Source: an uncultured Candidatus Sumerlaeota bacterium (GTDB lineage Bacteria; CAYMEV01). Taken from it: 21,721 nucleotides of DNA. Position 1 is the stretch's first letter; every line of letters begins with the position of its first letter. This document shows, in pieces, positions 9,588-19,144 of the stretch. The notes beneath the pieces were generated by a model. It saw nothing but the letters and a program-made list of their open reading frames with translations, did not search any database and was not told where the DNA came from. Position numbers and translations under genes: made by a program. The DNA is taken from the NCBI GenBank assembly GCA_964389675.1, contig CAYMEV010000007.1, positions 124,001 to 145,721 of the forward strand. The letters run 5' to 3'.

Positions 9588-10300
9588 TTCACAGTTTTAT
9601 AAGCCGGGACAATGACCTGTACATAAATAAAACTATATATTTATCAATAGATGAAACAGCTCACATGTCCAGGTCATTGAGACTTGGGAAAGGCGATATG
9701 GTAAGGATTGTCAATGGTGACGGGAATTATTATCTTTCTGAGATAATAGAGTGCGGGGAATCTGCAAGATTGATAGTACTGGCTATAGAAGCTTCAGGCC
9801 AGAAAAGGCCGTATGAGATATGTGCCATTGTACCTGTTATAAAAAAGGCCCGGTTTGAGATTTTGATTGAAAAGCTTACTGAGCTTGGTGTTGATAAAAT
9901 TATGCCCTATCATTCCCTGCAGGGCTCTCAGAGCAAAGTCCGCCTGAGCCAGAATTTGGTAAAAAGGTGGGAAAGTATAATCGCCTCTGCCGTCAAACAG
10001 TCAAAAAGGGCAACTATTCCCCTGTTTGAGAAGCCAGTTGATCTTGATGGGGTATTATCGAATGATTTTGAAGAATATGCCACGAAAATACTGCTGGAAA
10101 TCGGCAGCGAAAACCTGGGCAAAAGCATCCGAGGGAATATATGCTTTATATCAGGGCCTGAGGGTGGATTTTCCACCGGGGAGAGGGGAAAAATAATAAA
10201 ACGGGGATTTGTTCCCGCCAGCATTTCAGGCCAGCAGCTCAGGGCTGAGACATCCGTTATGCTGATGTGCGGGATTATTGAATACCTAAGGAGGGTTTAA
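9557..10300 (+). CDS. rsmE: 16S rRNA m3U1498 methyltransferase
   Basis: HMSRSLRL, EKLTELGV, GPEGGFS and LRAETS SPOUT motifs. Start uncertain (ATG 9557 or ATT 9587). Confidence 0.92.
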   Translation: MDISKYREKVIHSFISRDNDLYINKTIYLSIDETAHMSRSLRLGKGDMVRIVNGDGNYYLSEIIECGESARLIVLAIEASGQKRPYEICAIVPVIKKARFEILIEKLTELGVDKIMPYHSLQGSQSKVRLSQNLVKRWESIIASAVKQSKRATIPLFEKPVDLDGVLSNDFEEYATKILLEIGSENLGKSIRGNICFISGPEGGFSTGERGKIIKRGFVPASISGQQLRAETSVMLMCGIIEYLRRV

Positions 10301-10301
10301 C

Positions 10302-11183
10302 ATGAAATCAATGACAGGATATGCAAAAAGCGATTTTAATATTGAAGCAAACTCTTTCAGCCTTGAAATTAAAAGCTATAACTCAAAAAACCTGGACATA
10401 TTCCTGAAATTTCCAAAATGCTTCGATCATATTGAAATTAAAGTTAAGAACCTTATAGCTGAATATATATCAAGGGGGAAGGTAATGCTGACTATAAACA
10501 TGGAAGAAAACGATGAAAACCAGCTTGTGCTTGACCAGGCGAAACTTAATGAGGCTATAGGCATTCTAAGCAGCATAAGGGATGCTTTAGGTTCTCAACG
10601 GGAACTTACAGTATCAGATGTCCTCAGGATGAGATATATTCTTAAAGAAACACATAAGCAATTTGATGAAACAGGCCTTGAAAATACATTCTGGCCAGAA
10701 CTGAAGAAAATACTTGAAATGTTTAATGATTCAAGAAAGCGGGAGGCAGATAAGCTAAGGGAGGATATCGGAAGAAGGATAGAAGCTATCAGAGATGCAG
10801 TATGCAGGATTGAAGAACTGGACAATAATCCAGGGAGCAGTCCGGGTGATAAACTGCATGAAAAGATTAATACTCTCTTAAATGATAGCAATAAGGAATT
10901 AGAGCTTGACAAAAACAGGTTTGAACAGGAAGTCCTTTATTATATCCTTAAGTATGATATAAAAGAAGAGCTTGTAAGGCTAAGGTCTCATTTGGATTTA
11001 TTATCTGATTATATAAATCTTGACAAACCTGTAGGAAAAGCCATAACATTCATACTGCAGGAAATATTAAGGGAATCAAATACAATTTGCTCTAAAACAG
11101 TCGATATAGAGATAAAGAATGAAGGATTGACCATTAAAGTCGAGACAGAAAGGATAAGGGAACAGGCAAACAACATTGAATAA
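10302..11183 (+). CDS. yicC: YicC/YloC family endoribonuclease
   Basis: MKSMTGY, EIKSYNSKNLD, SRGKV, DIKEELVRLRSH, QEILRESNTICSK and IREQANNIE. Confidence 0.93.
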   Translation: MKSMTGYAKSDFNIEANSFSLEIKSYNSKNLDIFLKFPKCFDHIEIKVKNLIAEYISRGKVMLTINMEENDENQLVLDQAKLNEAIGILSSIRDALGSQRELTVSDVLRMRYILKETHKQFDETGLENTFWPELKKILEMFNDSRKREADKLREDIGRRIEAIRDAVCRIEELDNNPGSSPGDKLHEKINTLLNDSNKELELDKNRFEQEVLYYILKYDIKEELVRLRSHLDLLSDYINLDKPVGKAITFILQEILRESNTICSKTVDIEIKNEGLTIKVETERIREQANNIE

Positions 11184-11421
11184 AGAAAAAAAAGGATTAT
11201 TATTGGTTGGTTTTGGCAATGCTGTTTCAAAAGAAAAGGTCATTGCTGTATTAAATCCAAAGTCAGCACCTATTGTCAGGTTCAGGGATGAAATGAAAAA
11301 GGAAAACAGGATTATTGATATCACTCATGGCAGGAAAACACGTTCCATTATCGTGACTGAGAAATATATTCTGCTGTCAGCCATATCTTTTGATACAATA
11401 ATTGAAAGATTCCAGGAATAG
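11176..11421 (+). CDS. remA: DUF370 / RemA-family small regulator
   Basis: VGFGNAV, PKSAPIVR, IIDITHGRKTRSIIVT and ILLSAI; lies between yicC and gmk, as known for this family. TTG start. Confidence 0.88.
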   Translation: MNKEKKGLLLVGFGNAVSKEKVIAVLNPKSAPIVRFRDEMKKENRIIDITHGRKTRSIIVTEKYILLSAISFDTIIERFQE

Positions 11422-11431
11422 AGGTGATTTT

Positions 11432-12061
11432 TTGAATAATCAGAATATCAGGATTGAAACCAGAAGAAAAGGAATTCTCATGATAATCTCGGGTCCTTCC
11501 GGGGTTGGGAAGAATACTATCAAAGATGGTATCTTCAAGACCATAAAGGATAATCTGAAATTTTCCGTATCTTATACAACAAGGCCTATAAGGGAAAATG
11601 AACTGGACGGAAAGGATTATCATTTTACAGACAGGGAAGAATTTTTTGAAATGATGAAGAATGATAAATTTGTGGAGTGGGCTGAAGTCCATCAGAATTT
11701 CTACGGTACAACAAAAGATGAGATTGACAGATGTATCAGCGGGGGATACGATCTCCTGCTGGATGTGGATATAAAAGGCTGCAACAGGATAAAGGCCATG
11801 TATCCGGAAGCTATTACCCTGTTTATTATGCCTCCATCATTGCATGCACTGAGGGACAGGCTGAAAAAGCGGGGAATTGACGACCTGGATTTGAGAATAC
11901 GGTTGATTCACGCTGAAAAAGAGATATCAGAAGCAGAAAATTATGATTATATTATTATTAATAATGAGATAAGCGAAGCAATCTCAAATGCTGTTTCAGT
12001 TATCAGAGCTGAAAGATGCAGAAACAGCAGAATAGAAATCAAGATTAACAGAGGAGTATAG
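11432..12061 (+). CDS. gmk: Guanylate kinase
   Basis: P-loop SGPSGVGK, SVSYTTRPIRENELDGKDYHF, FVEWAEVHQNFYGT and IMPPS. Start placed at TTG 11432 after the GAGGTG SD; the ORF track gives 11402. Confidence 0.95.
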   Translation: MNNQNIRIETRRKGILMIISGPSGVGKNTIKDGIFKTIKDNLKFSVSYTTRPIRENELDGKDYHFTDREEFFEMMKNDKFVEWAEVHQNFYGTTKDEIDRCISGGYDLLLDVDIKGCNRIKAMYPEAITLFIMPPSLHALRDRLKKRGIDDLDLRIRLIHAEKEISEAENYDYIIINNEISEAISNAVSVIRAERCRNSRIEIKINRGV

Positions 12062-12065
12062 ATTA

Positions 12066-12284
12066 ATGCCAAGCAAAAACATGCTTCATATTGAAAATGC
12101 ATTAGAAAAGATAAAATCAAAGTTCAAGCTGGTTATCATGCTGAGCAAAAGGGCAAAGATGCTTAGAGAGTTCAAAGGAAGGTACGTTGAAGGTATTGAT
12201 GAGCATATAATCACAAGGTCAGCCAGGGAAATTGCCAGCGGTGATGTTAAGATCAAGGAACCTGAATCCAAAACCAAAAAATAG
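12066..12284 (+). CDS. rpoZ: RNA polymerase omega subunit
   Basis: SKFKLVIMLSKRAKML and AREIASG pattern; directly after gmk; GAGGAG SD. Confidence 0.85.
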   Translation: MPSKNMLHIENALEKIKSKFKLVIMLSKRAKMLREFKGRYVEGIDEHIITRSAREIASGDVKIKEPESKTKK

Positions 12285-12295
12285 CAGCTATTGAT

Positions 12296-12955
12296 TTGGA
12301 AAGTATTCTGAAAGATATAAAAAACCATCTTTTATATATTCAGGAACTGGGTATTCATTTTTTTCCCTGTAGATCAAAGGTGGAATTGCTGGATGAACTG
12401 CATAATGGTATCAAAAACTGCCAAAAATGCCCTCTCCTTAAAAACAGGCTTAATCTGGTATTTGGACAGGGCAATCCGGATACTGAACTGATGTTTATTG
12501 GAGAAGGCCCGGGGGAGGAGGAGGACAGGCAGGGAATCCCTTTTGTAGGACGGTCCGGTCAACTCCTGGATAAAATATTCAAGGCAATGAAGCTTGACAG
12601 GACTAAGATATATATTGCTAATATTGTAAAATGCAGGCCCCCTAACAACAGGAATCCTAAGGAGGACGAGATTCAGAATTGCCTGCCATACCTCGAAGCG
12701 CAGATTGATATAATTAAGCCTAAAGTAATATGCGTATTAGGCGCTGTTCCATTTAATGTGCTCTTGGGGAAAAAGCTGTCAATTACTAAAAACAGGGGCA
12801 AATGGTTTGAATACAGAGGCATAAGGCTTATGCCCACATTTCATCCTTCTTATGTACTTAGAAACTATACAACTGAAACCAGGGGGCAGGTATGGAATGA
12901 CATGAAAGAAATTATCAACTACCTTAATATTTATCCAAAGAAGACAAAACCATGA
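12296..12955 (+). CDS. Uracil-DNA glycosylase family 4 (Fe-S)
   Basis: [33 protein letters not shown]...C and TFHPS. TTG start with no clear SD. Confidence 0.93.
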   Translation: MESILKDIKNHLLYIQELGIHFFPCRSKVELLDELHNGIKNCQKCPLLKNRLNLVFGQGNPDTELMFIGEGPGEEEDRQGIPFVGRSGQLLDKIFKAMKLDRTKIYIANIVKCRPPNNRNPKEDEIQNCLPYLEAQIDIIKPKVICVLGAVPFNVLLGKKLSITKNRGKWFEYRGIRLMPTFHPSYVLRNYTTETRGQVWNDMKEIINYLNIYPKKTKP

Positions 12956-14685
12956 AAAAGACTGTAATTTTTCTTGGAGTATTATTATCAGTATGCTTGA
13001 TATATGCTGAAGAGGGGGCACTCTATGAGGGTGAGATTCTTCCAGGGCAGAAAGGATACTGTGTTACAGAGATGGCCAATGGGAAAAAAGAGAAAATCGA
13101 GCTCGAAATAATTGGGACTGTCAAGGGAAGCCTTATAAATCAGAGCTATATCCTTGTGAGGATGATCGGGGAAAACATAAGCAAATATGGTGTTGCTGCA
13201 GGTATGAGCGGTTCACCGGTTTATCTCGATAATAAGATTATGGGTGCAGTAGCATTTACTTATGCTTTCCAGAAAGAGAACCTTGCAGGGGTTACACTTA
13301 TATCCGATACAATAGAACAGTGCAACGAGATTGAAAGGCTGAACATTTTTAAGATCGAGAAAATCTCAATAGAAACAATGGATAAAGAACCGATAATGAA
13401 ATACCCCTTACATGATAAATTATTGTACCATATGCCTGTAGCAGGAATTAATAACTCTGGCAGTGCTGATATGATTCTGGGGCTGCCTTTTTCTTTTAAT
13501 CCGGTGGATATACCATCATTTTCTTCATCCGATGATCTAAGCTATGAACCGGGATATCCCCTGGAACCAGGTGATACGTTCGGGCTTCTCCTGATGAAAG
13601 GAGATGTGGACATTGCAGCCTATGGAACTGTTACATATATTGACAGCGATAGAAGGAATGTCTATGCTCTGGGTCACCCTGCATTTTCCCTGGGATCGTA
13701 TAATATCCCGATAACAAGGGCAGAAACAATATATACTGTCCCTTCAAATAATATAAGTTTTAAGGTTGCGGAAAATACTGCCATTATCGGGACAATGGTC
13801 TCAGAATCAGACTCAGGAGTAAAATTCAGCCTGGATGATGAACCGCAGTTTATTCCTCTAAGGATTGAATATCTGGCCAACAATATGAAAAAATCATATA
13901 ATTTTGAAATGGCGAGTTTCAAAATGATTGTCCCCAGCCTTTACCAGATTGCTTCATTCAGTTCCCTGCAGAAATATATCGGAACATATAATACACGGTC
14001 AATAGATGCAACCGTTGTTTTTAATTCCGGGGATGGCCATTTTCTTAAATTCAGGAATCTGTATAATGGATTTAATTCTTTCAGTTCTTATATAACTGAA
14101 GTTAGCAATATACTGTCTGTACTGCTTTTTAATGAGTTTAATGAATTTCCTCTTGAATCAATTGACATTAGTCTGAAAATCAAAAGCGATATTGAAAAAT
14201 ACTCTCTGATTAACTGCAATATTTCATCTGAAATCCCGAATCAGGGAGAAAAAATAGATATTAACATGCTTCTGACCTCCAATAAGAATCACACTATGGT
14301 TTTGAAGTCAGAAATATCTGTTCCTGATTATTTCCCAGATTCCAAGGGGATGATAATAGTATGTGATTACCAGACCTATATCTTTTTTGAGTTGATGCGA
14401 AACCCGGCAAGGTTTACGCCTGGAAGCTATGATGAGCTGATATCCCTTATAGAAGAATATCCAGGTTCAAATAAAATATATATTATGCTTTATTCATTCT
14501 CGCCGTCATTTTCTTTGAATGGGAGAGAGCTTAACAATCTTCCTGTATTCTATGAAAAAATGATGGAACTGGATCAAAGCCTGGTAAATAAGCATAATTT
14601 TTCTCTGCAGAAACTTGTTGTAGTTGAAACGGATTTTGCAGTCACCGGAGGAAAAGCTTTCCCTGTTGAAATATTCTACAAATGA
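12952..14685 (+). CDS. Secreted SpoIVB-like (S55) serine peptidase domain protein
   Basis: Signal-peptide-like N-terminus ([19 protein letters not shown]). Ser motif GVAAGMSGSPVYLDNKIMGAVAF and His motif YGTVTYID...YALGHP. ATGA overlap with the UDG gene. Confidence 0.85.
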   Translation: MKKTVIFLGVLLSVCLIYAEEGALYEGEILPGQKGYCVTEMANGKKEKIELEIIGTVKGSLINQSYILVRMIGENISKYGVAAGMSGSPVYLDNKIMGAVAFTYAFQKENLAGVTLISDTIEQCNEIERLNIFKIEKISIETMDKEPIMKYPLHDKLLYHMPVAGINNSGSADMILGLPFSFNPVDIPSFSSSDDLSYEPGYPLEPGDTFGLLLMKGDVDIAAYGTVTYIDSDRRNVYALGHPAFSLGSYNIPITRAETIYTVPSNNISFKVAENTAIIGTMVSESDSGVKFSLDDEPQFIPLRIEYLANNMKKSYNFEMASFKMIVPSLYQIASFSSLQKYIGTYNTRSIDATVVFNSGDGHFLKFRNLYNGFNSFSSYITEVSNILSVLLFNEFNEFPLESIDISLKIKSDIEKYSLINCNISSEIPNQGEKIDINMLLTSNKNHTMVLKSEISVPDYFPDSKGMIIVCDYQTYIFFELMRNPARFTPGSYDELISLIEEYPGSNKIYIMLYSFSPSFSLNGRELNNLPVFYEKMMELDQSLVNKHNFSLQKLVVVETDFAVTGGKAFPVEIFYK

Positions 14686-14699
14686 CGGAGGTAAAATAG

Positions 14700-16799
14700 A
14701 TGGCAAAAAGGATAATTCTTGCAGCTGTTTTAATCCTGACAATTATATCATTGCTGTATTCATCTTCATTTTATATTGATATCGGCAAGGACCAGCTTAT
14801 TCAGTCCGAAACATTCACAAGCATAACATTCAATGAGTGGAATGAACTGCTGCCGACGCCCAAAACAAGCAAAATAATCGACCAGGTAGATGATATGATA
14901 TACAGGTTTGATATTCTTAATAAATGCCTGTATTATATTAAATACAATAATCAGCAGGTCATAAAATACAGCTTTGAAGATTCAAAAGAAGAGACCATTT
15001 TTGAGGAGACTAATAAGATAATTACTGATATTGCAGTACATGAAGGCAGGATATATATATCGGTCATACCTGACGGGGAAATATATGTTTATGATCAAAA
15101 AGGGTTTTCCCTGTTCGGTTCAACTGATGCCAAGTATATATGGGATATTGAGCCGTCTCCCTGTGGGCTTGCCATTATAACCGGATCTCCCTGCAGTATA
15201 AGTATTATTAATACAGAGGGGGAAACTCTTCAGGAATATCCTCTGGCAGACATTAACGGCAGCCTTATAAGATTTGACGGCTACAGAAAGAGATTTTTTG
15301 CAGGTACCTCAAATAATGGCCTGTTATACTCCTTTGACCCTGAGAAAAAGAAATTAGTATGCCTTTATCAAAAACCGGACAGCAGAATAATATCGATTGC
15401 ATTCGACAAAGACGGCATTTACTTTGCAGAGGTTGCTAAAAAGGCAGCAAATTTTGGACAAACAGGCTCTTCAAATATTGTAACAATAACAGCTCAGGAT
15501 CCGAGCCGTTCCCAGACTTATACTGATGCATCAAACGAAAGTGCGACACAATTCCAGCAATTCTCACAGGCAGATACTTTAGTGTCAAATATATACAGAT
15601 TGGATGAGAGTGATGAAAGCAGTCATCTTATATATTCACAAAGCAGTGCTATTTATGATTTTGATGTAATTAATGATTATATATACATTTTAAGCGACCA
15701 GCCAAGCCTTGTCAGAGTTAATAAGGATTACCCTGAACAGAAACAGAATACTTTATATAAGGTAGGTTCAATGCTTTATATATTAAAAAGGGATAAAGGA
15801 TATTATGTAAGTACAGGTTATCCAGGATATGTATATCAGTTCTACCCTGATAAATATGAAAAAAGTGAGTGGGTTTCTGATGTTTACAGTATGGATACAT
15901 TCCTTGAATACGGCAGGATAATGCTCAAAGCAGGCAGTAATTCCCGGGTATCGATCCGAACTGGAAATTCCCTCCTGCCGGATGATTCCTGGTCAGAATG
16001 GCATAGCTATTCCAGGCCATCAGGACTTGATGATCTTTCAATGTCAATCTATTTTCAGGTAAAAATTGAGACTGGTGACAATAAAGATTCCTTTATAAAG
16101 AATCTAAGAATATATATAAAAAGCATATCTTCCGGCTGCAGGTTAAAGGATATAAACATAAGCAAAGAAGCGATGGCAATAGGAAATGCCATGGCAAGGC
16201 AGAGGCCTCCCCAGTACCGCCATGAGGAGAAGATCAGCTTTGAGCGGGTTCATCCATTCGATATAAGCAAACCAATTGTTATAACATGGAATTATGAAAA
16301 TATGGAATTATGCCAGGAGCAGACACAGATAGGCATCAGGATAATTGATTATGATTCAGCTGACGCAGTTTTTGAAGAAACTGTTTACAATACTGTAAGA
16401 TATGAATTAAATAAAGCATTTTTCCCTGATGGGCTGTATTATGCTGAACTGGGCATTTCATCCCTGTTTTCAGAGGATTATGACAGGAAGATATACCGTT
16501 CAGATACATTTATTATGGACAATACTCCTCCTGATATTATAATCAGTGAGGAAAGAGAAGATGGCCTGCTCGTTGAGGTTTCAGATTGCCTCAGCACGAT
16601 TGCTCTGGCGTATATAGAATATATAGACCATGAAAGGTTGTATATTGCGCCCAAAGATGCTATATTTGATAGCAAAAGCGAGTCATTCTGGCTTAAAAAG
16701 GAGATGTTCGGGCAGACGGCGATATTTACTGTTTATGATATGGAGGGGAATAAAAAATCACTGCTTCTGACAGGGCGAGGTTTGAAAAATGAAGATTGA
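14700..16799 (+). CDS. Secreted beta-propeller-like protein with C-terminal beta-sandwich (Ig/FN3-like) region, function unknown
   Basis: Signal-peptide-like N-terminus. Repeated blade-like motifs (ITDIAV..GRIYI, KYIWDI, FFAGTSNNGLLY, IISIAFDKDGIYF, IYDF, YYVSTGYPGYVY), then RTGNSLLPDDSWSEW and DNTPPDI. GGAGG SD. The fold is inferred by eye. Confidence 0.65.
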   Translation: MAKRIILAAVLILTIISLLYSSSFYIDIGKDQLIQSETFTSITFNEWNELLPTPKTSKIIDQVDDMIYRFDILNKCLYYIKYNNQQVIKYSFEDSKEETIFEETNKIITDIAVHEGRIYISVIPDGEIYVYDQKGFSLFGSTDAKYIWDIEPSPCGLAIITGSPCSISIINTEGETLQEYPLADINGSLIRFDGYRKRFFAGTSNNGLLYSFDPEKKKLVCLYQKPDSRIISIAFDKDGIYFAEVAKKAANFGQTGSSNIVTITAQDPSRSQTYTDASNESATQFQQFSQADTLVSNIYRLDESDESSHLIYSQSSAIYDFDVINDYIYILSDQPSLVRVNKDYPEQKQNTLYKVGSMLYILKRDKGYYVSTGYPGYVYQFYPDKYEKSEWVSDVYSMDTFLEYGRIMLKAGSNSRVSIRTGNSLLPDDSWSEWHSYSRPSGLDDLSMSIYFQVKIETGDNKDSFIKNLRIYIKSISSGCRLKDINISKEAMAIGNAMARQRPPQYRHEEKISFERVHPFDISKPIVITWNYENMELCQEQTQIGIRIIDYDSADAVFEETVYNTVRYELNKAFFPDGLYYAELGISSLFSEDYDRKIYRSDTFIMDNTPPDIIISEEREDGLLVEVSDCLSTIALAYIEYIDHERLYIAPKDAIFDSKSESFWLKKEMFGQTAIFTVYDMEGNKKSLLLTGRGLKNED

Positions 16800-17418
16800 C
16801 AGGGAAGCCATTCAATTTTTTCTAGCCTTTTTATTTATTGGGATTGTAATATTTTTATTTGCAGGAGAGCTTGCCATTATTTCCTATATTTTCTTTTTCC
16901 TATCACTTTTTACCATATATTTCTTCAGGGACCCGAAAAGGAAAATACCAGAATCTGCACTGGCAATTGTATCCCCGGCGGATGGGAAAATCATAAAAAT
17001 CGAAGAGACAAGCCTGGGAGATAAAAAATACAATATGGTAAGCATTTTTATGTCAGTATTTAATGTACATATCAACAGGTCTCCCTTTAGAGGTACAGTT
17101 AAGAGCATCAGGTATAATCCCGGCAAATTCCTTCCAGCCTTTAAGGATAAGGCATCCCTTCAGAATGAACAGACAGAGATAATTATTCATAATAAGGAGC
17201 GAGGCTGTGATATTCCTTTCAGAATGATTGCAGGTATTATTGCAAGGCGGATTGTTGTGAGGGTCAAGGAGGGACAGAATCTTACTGCTGGAGAAAAGGT
17301 CGGGCTTATCAGATTCGGTTCAAGGGTTGATGTCTTTATCCCTTGCGAAGCGGAGATAAAAGTAAAAGCTGGCGATAATGTAAAGGGCGGAAATTCTGTC
17401 ATAGGTGAATTTAAATGA
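16789..17418 (+). CDS. psd: Phosphatidylserine decarboxylase proenzyme (short type)
   Basis: FFRDPKR, VSPADG, SIFMSVFNVHINRSP, IAGIIARRI and self-cleavage motif RFGSRVD. Confidence 0.95.
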   Translation: MKIDREAIQFFLAFLFIGIVIFLFAGELAIISYIFFFLSLFTIYFFRDPKRKIPESALAIVSPADGKIIKIEETSLGDKKYNMVSIFMSVFNVHINRSPFRGTVKSIRYNPGKFLPAFKDKASLQNEQTEIIIHNKERGCDIPFRMIAGIIARRIVVRVKEGQNLTAGEKVGLIRFGSRVDVFIPCEAEIKVKAGDNVKGGNSVIGEFK

Positions 17419-18188
17419 GGATAAGCAAGGGTATTTATATACTTCCAAGCATATTTACCCTTGGCAACATGTTCTGTGGATTTTATGTAATACTTGCTGT
17501 AACAAATCAGTACAGCAACAGGTTTACTGTAGCTCCTCTCCTAATATTTCTTGCACTTCTGCTGGATGGTATTGATGGTAAGGTTGCAAGGCTTACCAAT
17601 ACGGAAAGTGAGTTTGGAGTACAGCTTGACAGCCTTGCTGATATAATATCCTTTGGGATTGCGCCGGCATTTTTGGTGTTTTCCTGGGGTTTTTCTGTTT
17701 TTGGCAGATTTGGAGTTGGCGGAATGTTTCTGTATATTGCTGCAGGTGCTATGAGGCTTGCCCGTTTTAATATTGCCGAAGACCAGGACAAAAGATATTT
17801 CATAGGCCTTCCAATTCCGGCCGCGGCTGGCTGTATAGCTATATATGTGATGAAGTTAAGGCCTGCCGGCGATATAAATATAGAATCAATCTTCATGCTC
17901 GGTCTTGTATATCTGCTTTCGCTTCTCATGGTCTCCAAATTTAAGTACAGGAGCTTCAAGGATATTAATCTCCGGGAAAAAAAACCCTTCAGGATATTTG
18001 TCCTTTTTATATTCATATTTTTTCTAATAGCATTAAATCCTGCATTATTTCTTATAATATTTATATCATTGTTCATACTATCCGGGCCTTTCAGGTATTT
18101 TATCCCTGTTGATGAAGGCCTGATGACACCTGCAAAGCTGAAGCCTGTGGAAGAATTCCTTGAGGATGATGATGGTGAGATCATATAA
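17415..18188 (+). CDS. pssA: CDP-diacylglycerol--serine O-phosphatidyltransferase
   Basis: LPSIFTLGN, DGIDGKVARLTNTESEFGVQLDSLAD (CDP-alcohol phosphotransferase motif), RLARFN and FIGLPIPAAA; ATGA overlap with psd. Confidence 0.95.
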   Translation: MRISKGIYILPSIFTLGNMFCGFYVILAVTNQYSNRFTVAPLLIFLALLLDGIDGKVARLTNTESEFGVQLDSLADIISFGIAPAFLVFSWGFSVFGRFGVGGMFLYIAAGAMRLARFNIAEDQDKRYFIGLPIPAAAGCIAIYVMKLRPAGDINIESIFMLGLVYLLSLLMVSKFKYRSFKDINLREKKPFRIFVLFIFIFFLIALNPALFLIIFISLFILSGPFRYFIPVDEGLMTPAKLKPVEEFLEDDDGEII

Positions 18189-18205
18189 TAAAGGGGTATA
18201 TTGAG

Positions 18206-19144
18206 ATGAATTATTATAACAGTTATAATGATTATCTTCAGAAAAAATTCGGATCCAGGGTAAGGAAATTAATGGTTGATGCAGGGTTCTCTTGCCCCAA
18301 TATTGATGGAAAAATAGATACCAAGGGCTGCATATTCTGCAATAATGATGCATTTTCTGGCAGCTTTACAAATAGAAAGCTGAGTATTCAACAGCAGATC
18401 GAGGATCAATTAAATAATAATAGGAATGTAAAGTATCTTGCCTATTTTCAGCCATACACCAACACTTACAGTGACCCTGAGAAACTTTATGAAATCTATG
18501 AAAGCATCCGGCCTTATGATAAGATTGAGGGTATCATAATCGGGACAAGGCCTGATGAAATTGACAGAGAAAGGCTTTCAATTATTAATTCTTTCGTTGA
18601 GGAAGGGTATTATGTCTCTATTGAGCTCGGCGTCCAGACTGCAAAGGATGAGACACTCCTTTTCATCAACAGAGGGCATATGTTTGATTCTGTAATAAGC
18701 GCATCTGAAATGATCAGAGAATACAATATAGACCTGGGAGCACATATAATTCTTGGCCTGCCAGGCGAAAATTCAGATGATTATAAGAATACTGCTGAAA
18801 TGCTTTCAAAAACAGGCTTCAAGATCGTCAAGATCCATCATCTCCAGGTTTTCAAAAATACAAGGCTGGATAAGCTTTATCAGCAGGGGATTGTTGATGT
18901 TTTCTCAATGGAAGATTATCTCGATAAACTGATAATATTTTTAGAAAATTTATCGCCTGATACCATTATATCCCGATTATACTCTGAAGCCCGAGAAGAC
19001 CTGCTGGTAGCGCCCAAGTGGAATATAAGCAAGGGAGATTTCCTAAGGCTTCTCATGATAGAATTTGCAAAGAGAAACTCATACCAGGGGAAATACTGTT
19101 CATCCAGAGAAAAGGAGTATTGTTCAGCGAGGATTGCTACCTAG
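18206..19144 (+). CDS. TIGR01212/YhcC-family radical SAM protein
   Basis: DAGFSCPNIDGKIDTKGCIFC (CX11CX2C), YFQPYTNTY, IGTRPD, ELGVQT, HIILGLPGE and KIHHL. Confidence 0.9.
   Translation: MNYYNSYNDYLQKKFGSRVRKLMVDAGFSCPNIDGKIDTKGCIFCNNDAFSGSFTNRKLSIQQQIEDQLNNNRNVKYLAYFQPYTNTYSDPEKLYEIYESIRPYDKIEGIIIGTRPDEIDRERLSIINSFVEEGYYVSIELGVQTAKDETLLFINRGHMFDSVISASEMIREYNIDLGAHIILGLPGENSDDYKNTAEMLSKTGFKIVKIHHLQVFKNTRLDKLYQQGIVDVFSMEDYLDKLIIFLENLSPDTIISRLYSEAREDLLVAPKWNISKGDFLRLLMIEFAKRNSYQGKYCSSREKEYCSARIAT

Noticed and set aside
12952..14685. Calling this gene spoIVB and inferring sporulation
   Set aside because: No PDZ is evident, the motif order is permuted, the context is diderm (lptFG), and no other sporulation genes are present.
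17507..18184. 225-aa ORF antisense to pssA
   Set aside because: It mirrors a hydrophobic membrane-protein gene and has no motifs of its own.
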